Translations under genes and position numbers: made by a program
Source: Octopus bimaculoides
Lineage: Eukaryota
NCBI RefSeq assembly: GCF_001194135.2
Contig: NC_068988.1
Span: forward strand, 3,929,245 to 3,993,244
DNA: 64,000 nt
Reading direction: 5' to 3'
In this document: positions 52,845-64,000 of the stretch, in pieces
How the letters are laid out: each line of letters begins with the position of its first letter
Numbering within the stretch: the first letter of the stretch is position 1
The notes under the pieces: model-generated
Seen by the model: the letters and a program-made list of their open reading frames with translations, nothing else
Told to the model about the DNA's origin: nothing
The model's database searches: none

Positions 52845-53730
52845 GCACAATGGCCCAGTGGTTAGGGCAGCAGACTCGCGGTCAGAGGATCGCGGTTTCG
52901 ATTCCCAGACCGGGTGTTGTGAGTGTTTATTGAAGGAAAACACCTAAGCCCCACAAGGCTCCAGCAGGGGGTGGTGGCGACCCCTGTTGTACTCTTTTGC
53001 CCCAACTTTCTCTCACTCTTTCTTCCTGTTTCTTGAGTAACGCTGTGATGGACTGGCATCCCATCCAGCTAGGTGGAACACATCATCATCATCATCATCA
53101 TCGTTTAAACGTCCGCTTTCCATGCTAGCATGGGTTGGACGATTTGACTGAGGACTGGTGCATCCGGATGGCTACACCAGGCTCCAATCTAATTTGGCAG
53201 AGTTTCTACAGCTGGATGCCCTTCCTAACGCCAACCACTCAGAGAGTGTAGTGGGTGCTTTTACGTGTCACCCACACGAAAACGGCCACGCTCGAAATGG
53301 TGTCTTTTNNNNNNNNNNNNNNNNNNNNNNNNNNNNNNNNNNNNNNNNNNNNNNNNNNNNNNTGCACAAGAGCCAGTCCAGGGGCACTGGTAACGATCTC
53401 GCTCGAAAACCCTACAAGGCCAGTCAGGCGGTACTAGCAACGGTCACGCTCAGGATGGTACATCTTATGTGCCACCCGCACAAGAGCCAGTCCAGGGGCA
53501 CTGGCAACGATCTCACTTGGCTTGCCGGGTCTTCTCACGCACAGCACATTTCCAAAGGTCTCGGTCAGTAGTCATCACCTCGGTGAGGCTCAATGTTCGA
53601 GGTCTTGCCTCACCACCTCAGCCCAGGTCTTCCTGGGCCTACCTCTTCCATGGTTTCCCTCTGTTCCCTCACATACGCTATAGAAATCGGGAAACCGGGC
53701 CCATGAGCCTGGCTAGGCTTTGAAAGGGCG
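52845..53730 (+). mobile_element. Family D tRNA-derived SINE split by an RTE insertion
   Basis: Head TGGCCCAGTGGTTAGGGC...GGTTTCGATTCCC; body to 53083; CACAT repeated at 53670-53674 followed by non-RTE sequence taken as the SINE tail. Confidence 0.7.
53084..53669 (-). mobile_element. 5'-truncated RTE LINE 3' end (ORF C-terminus, repeat-containing UTR, (GAT)n tail)
   Basis: GRGRPRKTWAEVVRQDL...TDRDLWKCAVREKTRQAK*; flanked by CACAT direct repeats. Confidence 0.85.
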
Positions 53731-54151
53731 ACGTAATATATTTTATGTGCAGATATTTTACAATTGATAGTTTTCCACTGATATTGGTTTGTGTTTATGC
53801 TAAAAACGCTAAAACCAAAGTTCTTCTGTTCTTTAATTCATAGAAAATTGAAGCACTTTTAACCATTTAACATTGAAAACAGTCATGTCCAGCTCAAAAT
53901 ATCCTACCAGCTTTATGTTCAAACTGGCCAGATTTGGCCTCTCACACCTACCTGACAATGACATTCAAAACATAAACAATCATTGAAATCTCAATCCTAT
54001 GAGAAAATGCATGTTTAATTCACCTCAATGTGAATAAATAAAGAACACATTTGACAGAGTAATCTGAACGGATTAAGGATTAAAGTGATGACATGAATGG
54101 ATTAAGAATTAAAGTGATGAGCATCTTTTTGGTTTGGCTTTCATGTTTTGC

Positions 54152-54715
54152 CTTTATTTTTGTTTCATTCATTGGACTGTGGCCATGCTGGAGCACCACC
54201 TTCTAGGCTTTAGTTGAACAAACTGACTCCAGTATTTATTTATCCTTTTAAGTCTTCTTCTTGTTCTATCAGTCTCTTTTGCCAAACCACTAAGTTACAG
54301 AGATGTAAACAAACTCACTCCAGTTATCAAGCAGTAGTGGGTCGCAAATATAAAGGCACACACACATAGATACACACACACATATATAGAGAGAGAGATA
54401 GACAGACAGACAGACAGACATCAGAGATAGATAGAGAGAGCGAGACAGACAGACAGACAGACAGAGAGACATCACAGATAGATAGAGAGAGCGAGACAGA
54501 CAGACAGACAGATTGATAGATAGTGACGATTACAGGCAGAAATACAACAGACTTCTTTCAGTTTCTGCCCCACGTCCCACCCCCAGATCCAATCCCAAGG
54601 CTTTGGTTGACCTGAGGCTAGAGTAGAAGTCACTTGCCTAAGGTATCCCAAACTGGGACTGGAACTGGAATCACGTGGTTGGTAAGCAAGCTTCTTACCA
54701 CACAGCCACACCTGC
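54152..54715 (-). mobile_element. Family B SINE with expanded internal microsatellite
   Basis: Head GCAGGTGTGGCTGTGTGGTAAGAAGCTTGC; tail GGTGGTGCTCCAGCATGGCCACAG. Confidence 0.85.
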
Positions 54716-55366
54716 ATCTACACAGAGTCCAGTTCTTCATATTGGTAAAGTTACCTGCAATAAAATATTTCTCATCTCTTTAGCACTGGTGTTAGATTAA
54801 GGCTTATGGATCTATGAGATTTGCACAGGTTTGGAATAATTATTGATTTTCCCCACACATATTATGACAGTTATAGTAACTTTTATGACCAGAGATGTCC
54901 ATTTATAAGTTGTAAGCTATTTTCATCAATTCCCAGAGGATGAAGCTCCTGTTTACGACTAATGAATGAAGAAGCTAATGCTAAAGCCACTAAGTGGTCA
55001 CACAACTAGCTAGAAATAACAGCTACATTTCATTCTAAATATACCCCACTGATATATGATGACCAGTGCTGGAATACCATTGATCTTAGGCCTGCTGAAT
55101 CAGAGTTGCCTGGGGTTAAACTAGCAGGTGAATGGAGGTGTGTAGAAAAACATTTTCTACCATAAAACATAATATTTTGAAGTCATGACGTCAAGAATTT
55201 GGGAACAGGTTTCCTTGAAGAAATAGTAAAAGATTTATCATAGCTAAAGACAGCTTAATTTGAAACTAGCAGCTGAACACTGTAAACAATAAGCTCATTA
55301 TATTATCAATATTTATAAATATTTCCTGATAATAAAATCTTTTGTACATTTTTCCTGGTAGCTTAC

Positions 55367-55451
55367 TTTTAAAATATGAACAAATATTTTATTGTGACAG
55401 ACTGGTTGAAACAATGCAAAATATTCAACCAGAAAATGATGGCAGAAAATT
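55367..55451 (-). CDS. Candidate internal coding exon
   Basis: Acceptor tctgtgttag, donor GTAAGC; only one open frame; phase 2 to 0; IFCHHFLVEYFALFQPVCHNKIFVHILK; joins in frame to 52447-52596. Confidence 0.5.
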
Positions 55452-55751
55452 CTAACACAGATTTATCATATCATTGCACACTCTCACACATAATTACATA
55501 TATACATACACATAGGTACATACACACATACACATGCTTTCATATATATGCAAGTGTGTGTATGTATGTGGGTGGGTGAGGGTGTAGAACCTCCTCCCTG
55601 TCCATGTTTCTCCTGAAGCCATCAACTTGCAACTATTCAATTGAAACAATAATCACATTGATCTCACTGATCTCAGGGGACCTGTGAAGGCAATGAGCAT
55701 GTCCCTGTCCTCTAGGCCAAACCAAACCAACACACACACACACACACACAT

Positions 55752-55810
<59 letters not shown>

Positions 55811-56880
55811 CATACATATATACCTCCATAGATATATATCATGATTTACATATGTTGAAAGTGAAAGTGCAAGCCACCACACTTGAGGTGGTGACCCCAA
55901 AATAATTATTTACAACTCTAATGAGGAGAAACGTCATTAGCATTAATTGAAATTATTTCTTAAAAAGACAAAAGAGAGGACTTAACCAAAATTTCGACGA
56001 ACCAAAAATTAATTTTAATAGACATATGCAGCGGTGGGTGGTGACACTTTCCCCTCTCTATGTTTATGTAAAAATGTATTTTAGAAAAATATGTCCAACT
56101 CATCATCTAAAATATGAACTAATTCTATTAAATGTATCAGAACCATCAAGGCAACAGAATAAGTAGAAGATCGAATCAAATACCTTGTGGTATTTAGTTA
56201 TGCCTTATTGTTCTGAGTTCAAATTCTGCCCGCAGTAGCCTTGCCCGAAGCTGACAAAGTAGATTGTTGTCAAGTCAATGTTGGAGTCAATATTGAAGTG
56301 AATGTAATAATTGTTGGAACCAATGCTCCTGTATGTGTGCTTTAATCTAATGAAATTCAGAACAATAAAACAGCAATGACAACAAAACTCACACAAAAAT
56401 GCTTTTCAGGTTATAAATAGCAAAACAGAAAAAAAATACACTTTTACACTTTGAGGAACTAGTAACGTGTGCATGCAATAACCCGGTTACATGGTGTGAT
56501 AAAGACTTTAACAAACCATTTAATTATTCATCAAGGAACTAACAAAGTAGTTAATTTTTAATAAAAAGAATATGTGTATAACAAGCTTTTGTTTATGAAT
56601 TGAGAGGATCAACTTCCTAAGGTACAACAATGTATAGAACATGCTACCAAGTCGTTTGTGAGTGGTGTCTCTATGGTCACTTTTGGAGATTTAGTGTGTC
56701 AGTTAAAGCATGACCGTACATCAATTATGACCATGCAATAAATTATATAAAGAAAAAGTAAAAAAGAGTAACAATAGCTCTTCCCTTAGGGACCAGATTA
56801 GTGGAGTTGTAGATGAGTACAATAAAAAATAAAGAGTGATATCAAGACATAAACATATAATGTGTGAGAGTGTGTGAGTG

Positions 56881-56920
<40 letters not shown>

Positions 56921-56949
56921 CGTATGTGTGGTACATGTATGTGTATCAA

Positions 56950-57540
56950 ATGTGGAAGCAAGGTCTTGAGTTAATTTAGCAAAAACCAAAGTCTTAGTAA
57001 GAAAGCAGACAATTCACAAATCACAAGTAGATGGCACTGCTTGATATGTAGAAAAGGCATAAGCAGAAACTCCATAAGATGTACACAGTGCAAACTATGG
57101 ACAGACAAGTGGTGCAGCAATATCTGTAGAAGGTTAACTGGGAAAAGAGTCTTTATGTATGGCAGAGTCACAGGTACAATAAGCACTAGAATTATATAGA
57201 CTTCATCAAATGCTATGGTAGATACCTAAAAGTAGTTGATAACTTGTTATCTAGGTAACCAAGTTAATAGCGGTGGTGGATGCTCCAAGAGTGTAGCTGC
57301 TAGAATAAGAATAGGCTGGGCAAAGTTCAGAGCTCCTACCTTTGTTGGTATCTAAGAGCTTCTCTCTCAGAGTGAAAGGCAGATTGTATGTGTGTTAATA
57401 GCCATGCTACATAGCAGTGAAACATGAGCTGTGACCACCAAAGACATCCAATTCTGGGACAGTTGCATACTGGTGGACATTTGCCTTCCAGACAGTTGCG
57501 TATCAGACAATTGTGTCCCAATATATTAGAATCCTTAGAC
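56950..57540 (+). mobile_element. RTE-type LINE C-terminal ORF fragment
   Basis: CRKGISRNSIRCTQCKLW (PHD-like), YLG.QV.SGGGC, RIRIGWAKF, SLRVKGRLY. Confidence 0.85.
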
Positions 57541-57879
57541 AAATGCATCCATGGATAGTTGTGTTTGTGTATTATTTTGAAATTTTATTTATCTTTTTTC
57601 AGATGTATTTTTTCTTTATTTAGAACACTTGATTATCAAAGCTAATTGTAAATAAACACATTTAATAACTCTAAACAAGCAAGTAGGTAATAATAAATAT
57701 TTAAAAAAAGGAAAAAAACAAATAAAACAGTTTAAAATTTACAAGTTTATTTTTGTTTAAAAAACGGAAACAGATTAACACTATTAATAAATATTTCAAG
57801 ATTTAAGAATTATTGTAATTTCACAAATGAATCAAAAGGTATGAATGTTGTGAGCTATTCCTTTCAAGAAATTTATCTT

Positions 57880-59090
57880 GTTTTCAGGAGTATACTTATC
57901 TAATAATGCCATGATTCTCTTAGTTGCAGTTTTATATTTTTTGCCATACTAAAATTCCTCTTCCAAAGTGCCTTTTTTTCTTTAAGGCAATGGCCTCTTC
58001 CTTTTCCAGTGTCTCAATCAATTTCCAAATAATGGGGTGCTGACACAATAAAGAATATTGCAAAGTATTTTGTAATCCCTCTAAGCTGTTATTAGATCCA
58101 TGCAACTGATTTGTAACCCTTTCTCGAACATTCCAAAACTTGATAGAAAAAATTGCCTCCATCCTTATCCCTCTCCGGCCTCTTGCTGGGCCAATGTATG
58201 TCATTTCAAAATGGGCGGTAAATTCTAGAGGCAGATCACAGTCATTGAACAAGTCAATAAACTGTCAACAGCGTCAATTAAAGGAAGAAACGATATTGCA
58301 GAAAAACATCTAATTTTCAAACTGAATGCTTCATCTTCTCTATACCATTGCCTTAATCTTAGGTCACAGATTTTCTTAAAAAATAGACTTAGATAAACAA
58401 AAGAGACATGAGTTTATTGTTACTTTTGGAAACTTTTCTGCAAAACCTTTCTGAGCTCCTATTTCAAAGTTTGTCAACAAAGATTTTGGATAAAGTTGCA
58501 GTTTAAGATGCAACAGATATGTGAATATCCTTTGTATTGCCTGGAAGAAGGGCAAAAACTCTGGGAATACTAAATGTAGCTTCTTAGATATGGATACAAT
58601 GTAGATGATAATATACTGATGGACTGACATTAAAGTTATCATCTGCTGCTCAGTTAGGAAAATTTATCAAATCTTTTAAGTCATTTTCTGTTGAAAATAT
58701 TAGTATTCTATTCTCATCATTGATGCCATAATCAAATGCAAGGAATTTCTCTCCAGTTGCAAGAAAACGATAGGATTCTGGTATATTGAAATTATTTCTT
58801 TACTGTGAAATTGGTGGTATGTTTTGTGCTTTTTGTCTCCATCAATGTACATTTCTTCCCATTGATGATAAAGAGGGCATGTGGGTAATTGAAAACTGAT
58901 CTTCATTAGCAATCATAGCTCTAGTAAGACTTCTTGCTGGTTTGCATACTGAAATTGAAGTAGTTTTTAACTCTTGTGCACTGACTTTGGAAGCTGAGGG
59001 TCCACGGTTATGTTCATTACATTGTGTCATGACTGAGTCATTCATTGTACGTATTCCTGATTTGCAAAATCGCTCTACACATCTCCAGTA
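57880..59090 (-). mobile_element. Decayed FLYWCH-MULE (Mutator-like) transposase
   Basis: YWRCVERFCKSGIRT...NEHNRGP (FLYWCH), LLTNFEIGAQKGFAEKFPKVTINSCLF, FEMTYIG...FWNV...SNNSLEG...HPIIWKLIETLEKEE. Confidence 0.85.
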
Positions 59091-59472
59091 TCAAAAACTA
59101 TATATATATATATATATATATATNNNNNNNNNNNNNNNNNNNNNNNNNNNNNNNNNNNNNNNNNNNNNNNNNNNNNNNNNNNNNNNNNNNNNNNNNNNNN
59201 NNNNNNNNNNNNNNNNNNNNNNNNNNNNNNNNNNNNNNNATATCATTGTATATATATATATATATATCATTGTATATTTGAAGAAAAGCAACAAAAATGT
59301 GTTAGGTTATAGCAGTACATACGTTTCGTACAAACTTCATTTATTTATGTAGTGAGAACACCACATAAGATGTGCAATGAAAATGTACTCCTCAGCTGCA
59401 TAATTGAAGTTCATTTCAGAAAGTCATTTTGTAAATGTGTGCAAATACAAGAGTAGGAGATGAAGAGAATAC

Positions 59473-59566
59473 CATCTTGACTGGGCTGTTAATATTCTTT
59501 ATACACCACTCCCATCTGCCATGTCTACTATAATGTGACAGCAATCTATGACAAAAACACTTCAAT
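59473..59566 (-). CDS. Candidate internal coding exon
   Basis: Acceptor tctcatcttcag, donor GTATTC; one open frame; phase 2 to 0; LKCFCHRLLSHYSRHGRWEWCIKNINSPVKM. Confidence 0.3.
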
Positions 59567-60154
59567 CTGAAGATGAGACTACAAAGGCTGAAGGCCTACA
59601 AATGCCAATGAAGGATTTAGAAAGTTTACCAGTTGATATAAACTGCAAGCAACTCCTGCAAAAGATATTGGGAGGTGGTAGTGGAGTGGGGAGGACCTTG
59701 ATTAAACCTAAAACTAGAACACAGCTATGAATTCAATACATCTAAACAGAAAGTTGTTCTTCAATTATCCATACACACATACAATCATGCATGCACACAC
59801 ACACACATTGATAGATATGTGACAACTGTTGCTGTTGGTATATTTATAGTCAGCTGTCACACAATATTACTTCTCTTCATATCACTAGTTTATCACAGAG
59901 AAGAGGGGCCTTTAAGGATAATCACTGCTAGCCTCGAGATAAGTTCTTTTTACATGAGGTTTAGTTCAAAATATAATTTTATATTAAATTATCTATTTTA
60001 AATTATATTAATTTTTTTTCCTCTTCAAACAGTTATTTCTCTGTTGCTATCAATACATCTACCTGATATATTGTTTTTCTTGATTTCTCTTGATGGATTT
60101 TATTTTCATCTTTCCTTTATTTTCACTCCCCATCTTCTTTCATTTCTCTTTCAC

Positions 60155-60202
<48 letters not shown>

Positions 60203-60559
60203 CTGCTTACTCCCACTCTCAATCTTTCTCTCTTATCACATGCCACTGAAATAATATTTTTAGAAGAGTTTTACTCTTTAAAATACTGACTGCTTTGAGA
60301 GGAAAGAAGGGAGAAGGAAAAAGATGTAGCATCAGACAAACAAGTTCTTTTGCTGTAAAATGCACAAAATATGTAAAATACAAAATTTTACTATCATAAC
60401 CTCGTTGCTTGAATTATAAAAGTATATCTCTGTATACACACAGATGTATGGGCATGCGTATGTGCCTATGTATATACAGAAGTGAGGTATATACAGAAGT
60501 GAGGTATATACATACACAGCTATATGCATCATGCATACACACACAAGCAAGAATGTATG

Positions 60560-60900
60560 TATACAATTTTAAACAATATTATAAATACTTCCATGTTTAG
60601 ATAGTGTACATATATATCTTCCTCCATGTCAATATTGTATTTAGAATTTAATAAAACAAAATCTATTCCCCATTCTTTTAAGATGGTTTCACCTCCACTG
60701 AGTATTTTAGTTTTTATTTTCCCTGTGAACAGAAAGTGTTTCTGAATACCAGAGCATCTCCTAATGTCTGTGGTGATATCTTGTGCCCAATATTGGTTAG
60801 CAGGTCACCACGGTTTTGGATAAACTGAGTTCTAGTTTTTCTCTGTCAGCATATTCTTCTTATACTAATCTACATCACTTGCACGACATTAAAAGGGTTT
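60560..60900 (-). mobile_element. Possible decayed Gypsy/Ginger-type integrase N-terminus
   Basis: QYWAQDITTDIRRCSGIQK...KEWGIDFV loosely resembles YW...D...C..CQK...W..GID; weak. Confidence 0.3.
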
Positions 60901-61148
60901 TTGTTACAGTATCATATGCAGTATTCATGTGACGCTTTTGTTTATATAATAATGAATAGCATACAGTAGTAGAGTTAGTCATTAATGTTGTGTGTGTGAA
61001 GAGGGGTAGGCAAGATATACCATGTCGTGACATCATATGATTGTGTGACTGATTACAGAAATGTAAGAAATTACCAGAGTCATGATTTAGCAGAAAATTG
61101 AAAAATAAAGAAATAAAATAAAAATTGTAATTATTCATTTATTTTTCT

Positions 61149-61199
<51 letters not shown>

Positions 61200-62589
61200 A
61201 TTCATTTAATATAATCATTTTCTTCATCCTAAAATTTTTATTTCTCCTCTCATTTGATTTCAATGTAGAGAGAAGAGTGTTTATCTACAACAGCTATTCA
61301 CAGCAACTTCAACCGAGCTTGCAAAGCCTTACAAAACTCAAGTATTACAGCAACTGATAACATATTACGTTATTAAAATTCTCTTTCATTGATTGGCCAG
61401 CTTCCTAATTGCTATGCTTCTTGGATTAAACTAGTATGGAACCTGTAGTATATGTTATAAAGAGACCCTAAATTTTAAAAATGGTTAGCTTTTTATTGAA
61501 TTATATTTATTGTATCCAAGTGTGTATTTGAAGGATCAATATTTATAGATCAGTTAACATGTGTATGTTGAGGATGGGGGTGGAGTGAAAGGACTACAAG
61601 AATCCCATTATTTATTATTTTATCGAAAGTTTGAATTTTTTGCTTGTTCTGGAGGAAGGGCAGTGCTCATGAATATTTCCATCATCTTTAAGTCCGTTGG
61701 GAGGGAGGTATCCTCAAATTGGGGGCCAGCAACAAGATGGTTCTACTAAAGATACCCATGAAACATGCAGTGGAGTCAAACTAGGTGAAACCAAGTAACA
61801 GATCAAATGTTCCACTCAAGAAAGCCACAGTGGAATATGAAATCAGAATACAAAGAGCTGAAACATGTAATTCAAAGCATCTCATTTGACACTCGAATAA
61901 TTCTATTGGTCCGCTACCCTGCATGGATACTTTATTTATTAGCCCCAGATGTGTTTCAGATATTTAGAAGATTAACTCAGGAAGACAACAGTTCAATCAT
62001 AATAAATTGTGCGTTGAATCTAAGCATGTAAATCCATCTTCTACAAGCCTTAGTCTTGTGTTAAAGTAACCCTAAGAAACCTTAAATGTTACAACATTAT
62101 ATGAAGTAACTAATACATAACCTCCTTATTTAAACACCTAAGCTGCACAAATTAAGTTCACTCTCATGATACACTACTACCCCAGCATTAAGTAAATTAG
62201 TTTTTTGGTTTAACACTGGAAATGTAATTACATTAATTTAAAGTTATTATTTCTGATGTGAAATTCTGCAAAAGATTGAAGTAGGAACTGCACTCAGGAA
62301 AATATTTCTTATGTGTTTAAAAATCCAAATTTAATTGAACAAGTATGGTTATCATTACATTGTCTCTAATATATACGGAATAATAGGATTCATTCCACTG
62401 ATTTTATTTATGAGAACAAAAATAATTAACTTCAATTATTGTATGACGAGTTTAATGTATCAAAACAGAGCAAGAGAATGGCAAGTCTGTCAATTAACAT
62501 CAGACATAAATAAAGTCTGAATCAGAAATGATGGCCTACAAACATTTCATTAAAAGTGTATTTCAGAAGTGTTGTGAGTATGAAATCAA

Positions 62590-62815
62590 CCTTAATCAAC
62601 CAGTTGTTCATGGAAGACAGCATAAGAGAAGAGTAAGATGGCATCTATGGTGGCCCATGACAATGCAGAGATACCAGCATATTCCCTGTTCAATGCTATC
62701 GGGGTAGAGATGGCTGCCCACATGTGTGAGCCCCATGAACCAGAATGGCTCTTCCAGTGCATCTCCCTTGCTATCCTCTGGGGCCAATGCCTTTTCCCTT
62801 TTGTCTGCTGGTATC
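62590..62815 (+). mobile_element. CRE/R2-like restriction-endonuclease 3' end fragment
   Basis: IGVEMAAHMCEPHEPEWLFQCISLAILWGQ resembles IG.R.A..T.EPRE..WL.QR.SLA..RGN. Confidence 0.55.
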
Positions 62816-62859
62816 ATGAGAAATGTTTCTATATTCTTTTCTACTCTAGGTACAAGGGC

Positions 62860-63050
62860 CAAAGTTTTGGGGGAAGGGGACAGTCAATTTGATTGACCCC
62901 AGTACGCAACTAGTATTTAATTTATCGACCCCGAAAGGATGAAAGGCAAAGCTGACCTCGGTGGAATTTGAACTCAGAATGTAAAGAGAGACGAAATACC
63001 ACAAAGCATTTTGCCTGGCATGCTAACGTTTCTGCCAGCTCGCCATCTTA
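62860..63050 (-). mobile_element. Family C SINE
   Basis: Reverse complement GGCGAGCTGGCAGAAACGTTAGC...GAGTTCAAATTCC...GGGGTCGATAAATTAAATAC. Confidence 0.85.
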
Positions 63051-63289
63051 GAAATGTTTCTATATTGTGAGAGGTAAGATTCTCTGTTAATCCATCATGC
63101 ACACTATAGAATTGTTGAACTGTTGACTGATTGACAGCATATTCTACTCTCTTACTACTAGCTTGAACAAGCACTGATATTTCAGGTAGATATTAACTAA
63201 CCCCCAAATAGACTGTTTCATCAAGTTTTACATTTTAAAAAATTATCAGACCTTAGAAAACCTTTTTGGTCAAACTCACCTGGATTTAC

Positions 63290-63468
63290 ATCAGGCTCTT
63301 TGATATAAATCTTCTTATATAATATTCATATTTATCTGAAGCCATTTTTGTTGTGTTCCAAATACCAAATTGAGGATAATGAGATATTTTCACAAGTAAC
63401 CATTTTAATAGCAGGTCACCTGAGAATGTTTCTGCTTCTATGATACAAGTTCCCTGTATTAAACTGAT
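63290..63468 (-). CDS. Candidate internal coding exon
   Basis: Acceptor ttttaatttag (alternative at 63453), donor GTAAAT, phase 0 to 2; ISLIQGTCIIEAETFSGDLLLKWLLVKISHYPQFGIWNTTKMASDKYEYYIRRFISKSL; a stronger GTGAGT donor 10 nt further on lies past an in-frame stop, which weakens the call. Confidence 0.3.
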
Positions 63469-63689
63469 CTAAATTAAAACCTTCCACAAAAATTTCATGT
63501 TAATTTATGTTCAAAATACCATCTTGATAATGCCAAAATAAGTTTAATATAAATTTTATTATTTTTAAAATTGATTGAAACAGAAGTAGCACATTTCAGC
63601 AGAAGTATGGTAATGAAAGGAACACATACATAATGTAGTTTGTTACTGATATGATGAAATGGATAAGGAATAGGAAGAATGGTAATGAT

Positions 63690-63920
63690 GATTATTTCTT
63701 TATTGCGCACAAGGGGCTAAACATAGAGGTGACAAACAAGGATAGACAAAGGTATTAAGTCGATTACATCGACCCCAGTGCGTAACTGGTACTTAATTTA
63801 TCAACCCTGAAAGGATGAAAGGCAAAGTCGACCTCAGCGGAATTTGAACTCAGAACGTAACGGCAGACGAAATACCGCTAAGCATTTCACCCGGCGTGCT
63901 AACGTTTCTGCCGGCTCGCA
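63690..63920 (-). mobile_element. Best-preserved, CpG-rich family C SINE
   Basis: B-box GAGTTCAAATTCC, Nin/Deu-like core GCCTTTCATCCTTTCAGGGTTGATAAATTAAGTACCAG, many intact CpGs. Confidence 0.9.
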
Positions 63921-64000
63921 GAATGATGATGATGATGCCGATGGTGGTGGTGACAGTGACAACAGCAATGACATTGCAGCTCCCAGGGAACTATGTTTCT

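Noticed and set aside
56594-56740. Plus-strand peptide DQLPKVQQCIEHATKSFVSGVSMVTFGDLVCQLKH
   Set aside because: Poor acceptor, preceded by an in-frame stop, no partner exon.

Overview
AT-rich, microsatellite- and transposon-dense animal genomic DNA from a draft scaffold with seven N gaps. The repeat families and (AT)n/(AC)n/(ATC)n density point to a coleoid cephalopod, most likely Octopus (inference). Most ORFs in the supplied track are artefacts of microsatellites, gaps or decayed transposons. Recognisable mobile elements: mariner, DD37D maT, FLYWCH-MULE and Merlin-like DNA transposon relics; RTE, R4/Dong-like, CRE-like and Penelope-like retroelement fragments; and several tRNA-derived SINE families. 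No host gene is recognised with certainty. Splice-site-bounded, phase-compatible candidate exons on the minus strand occur at 50-63.5 kb (weak remembered resemblance to the GEMIN4 C-terminus) and at 14.2-17.2 kb (short orphan model). The most interesting observation is a tRNA-headed SINE that carries a Penelope-type minimal hammerhead ribozyme motif (44965-45010), present as a head-to-head inverted pair at 44.5-45.1 kb.
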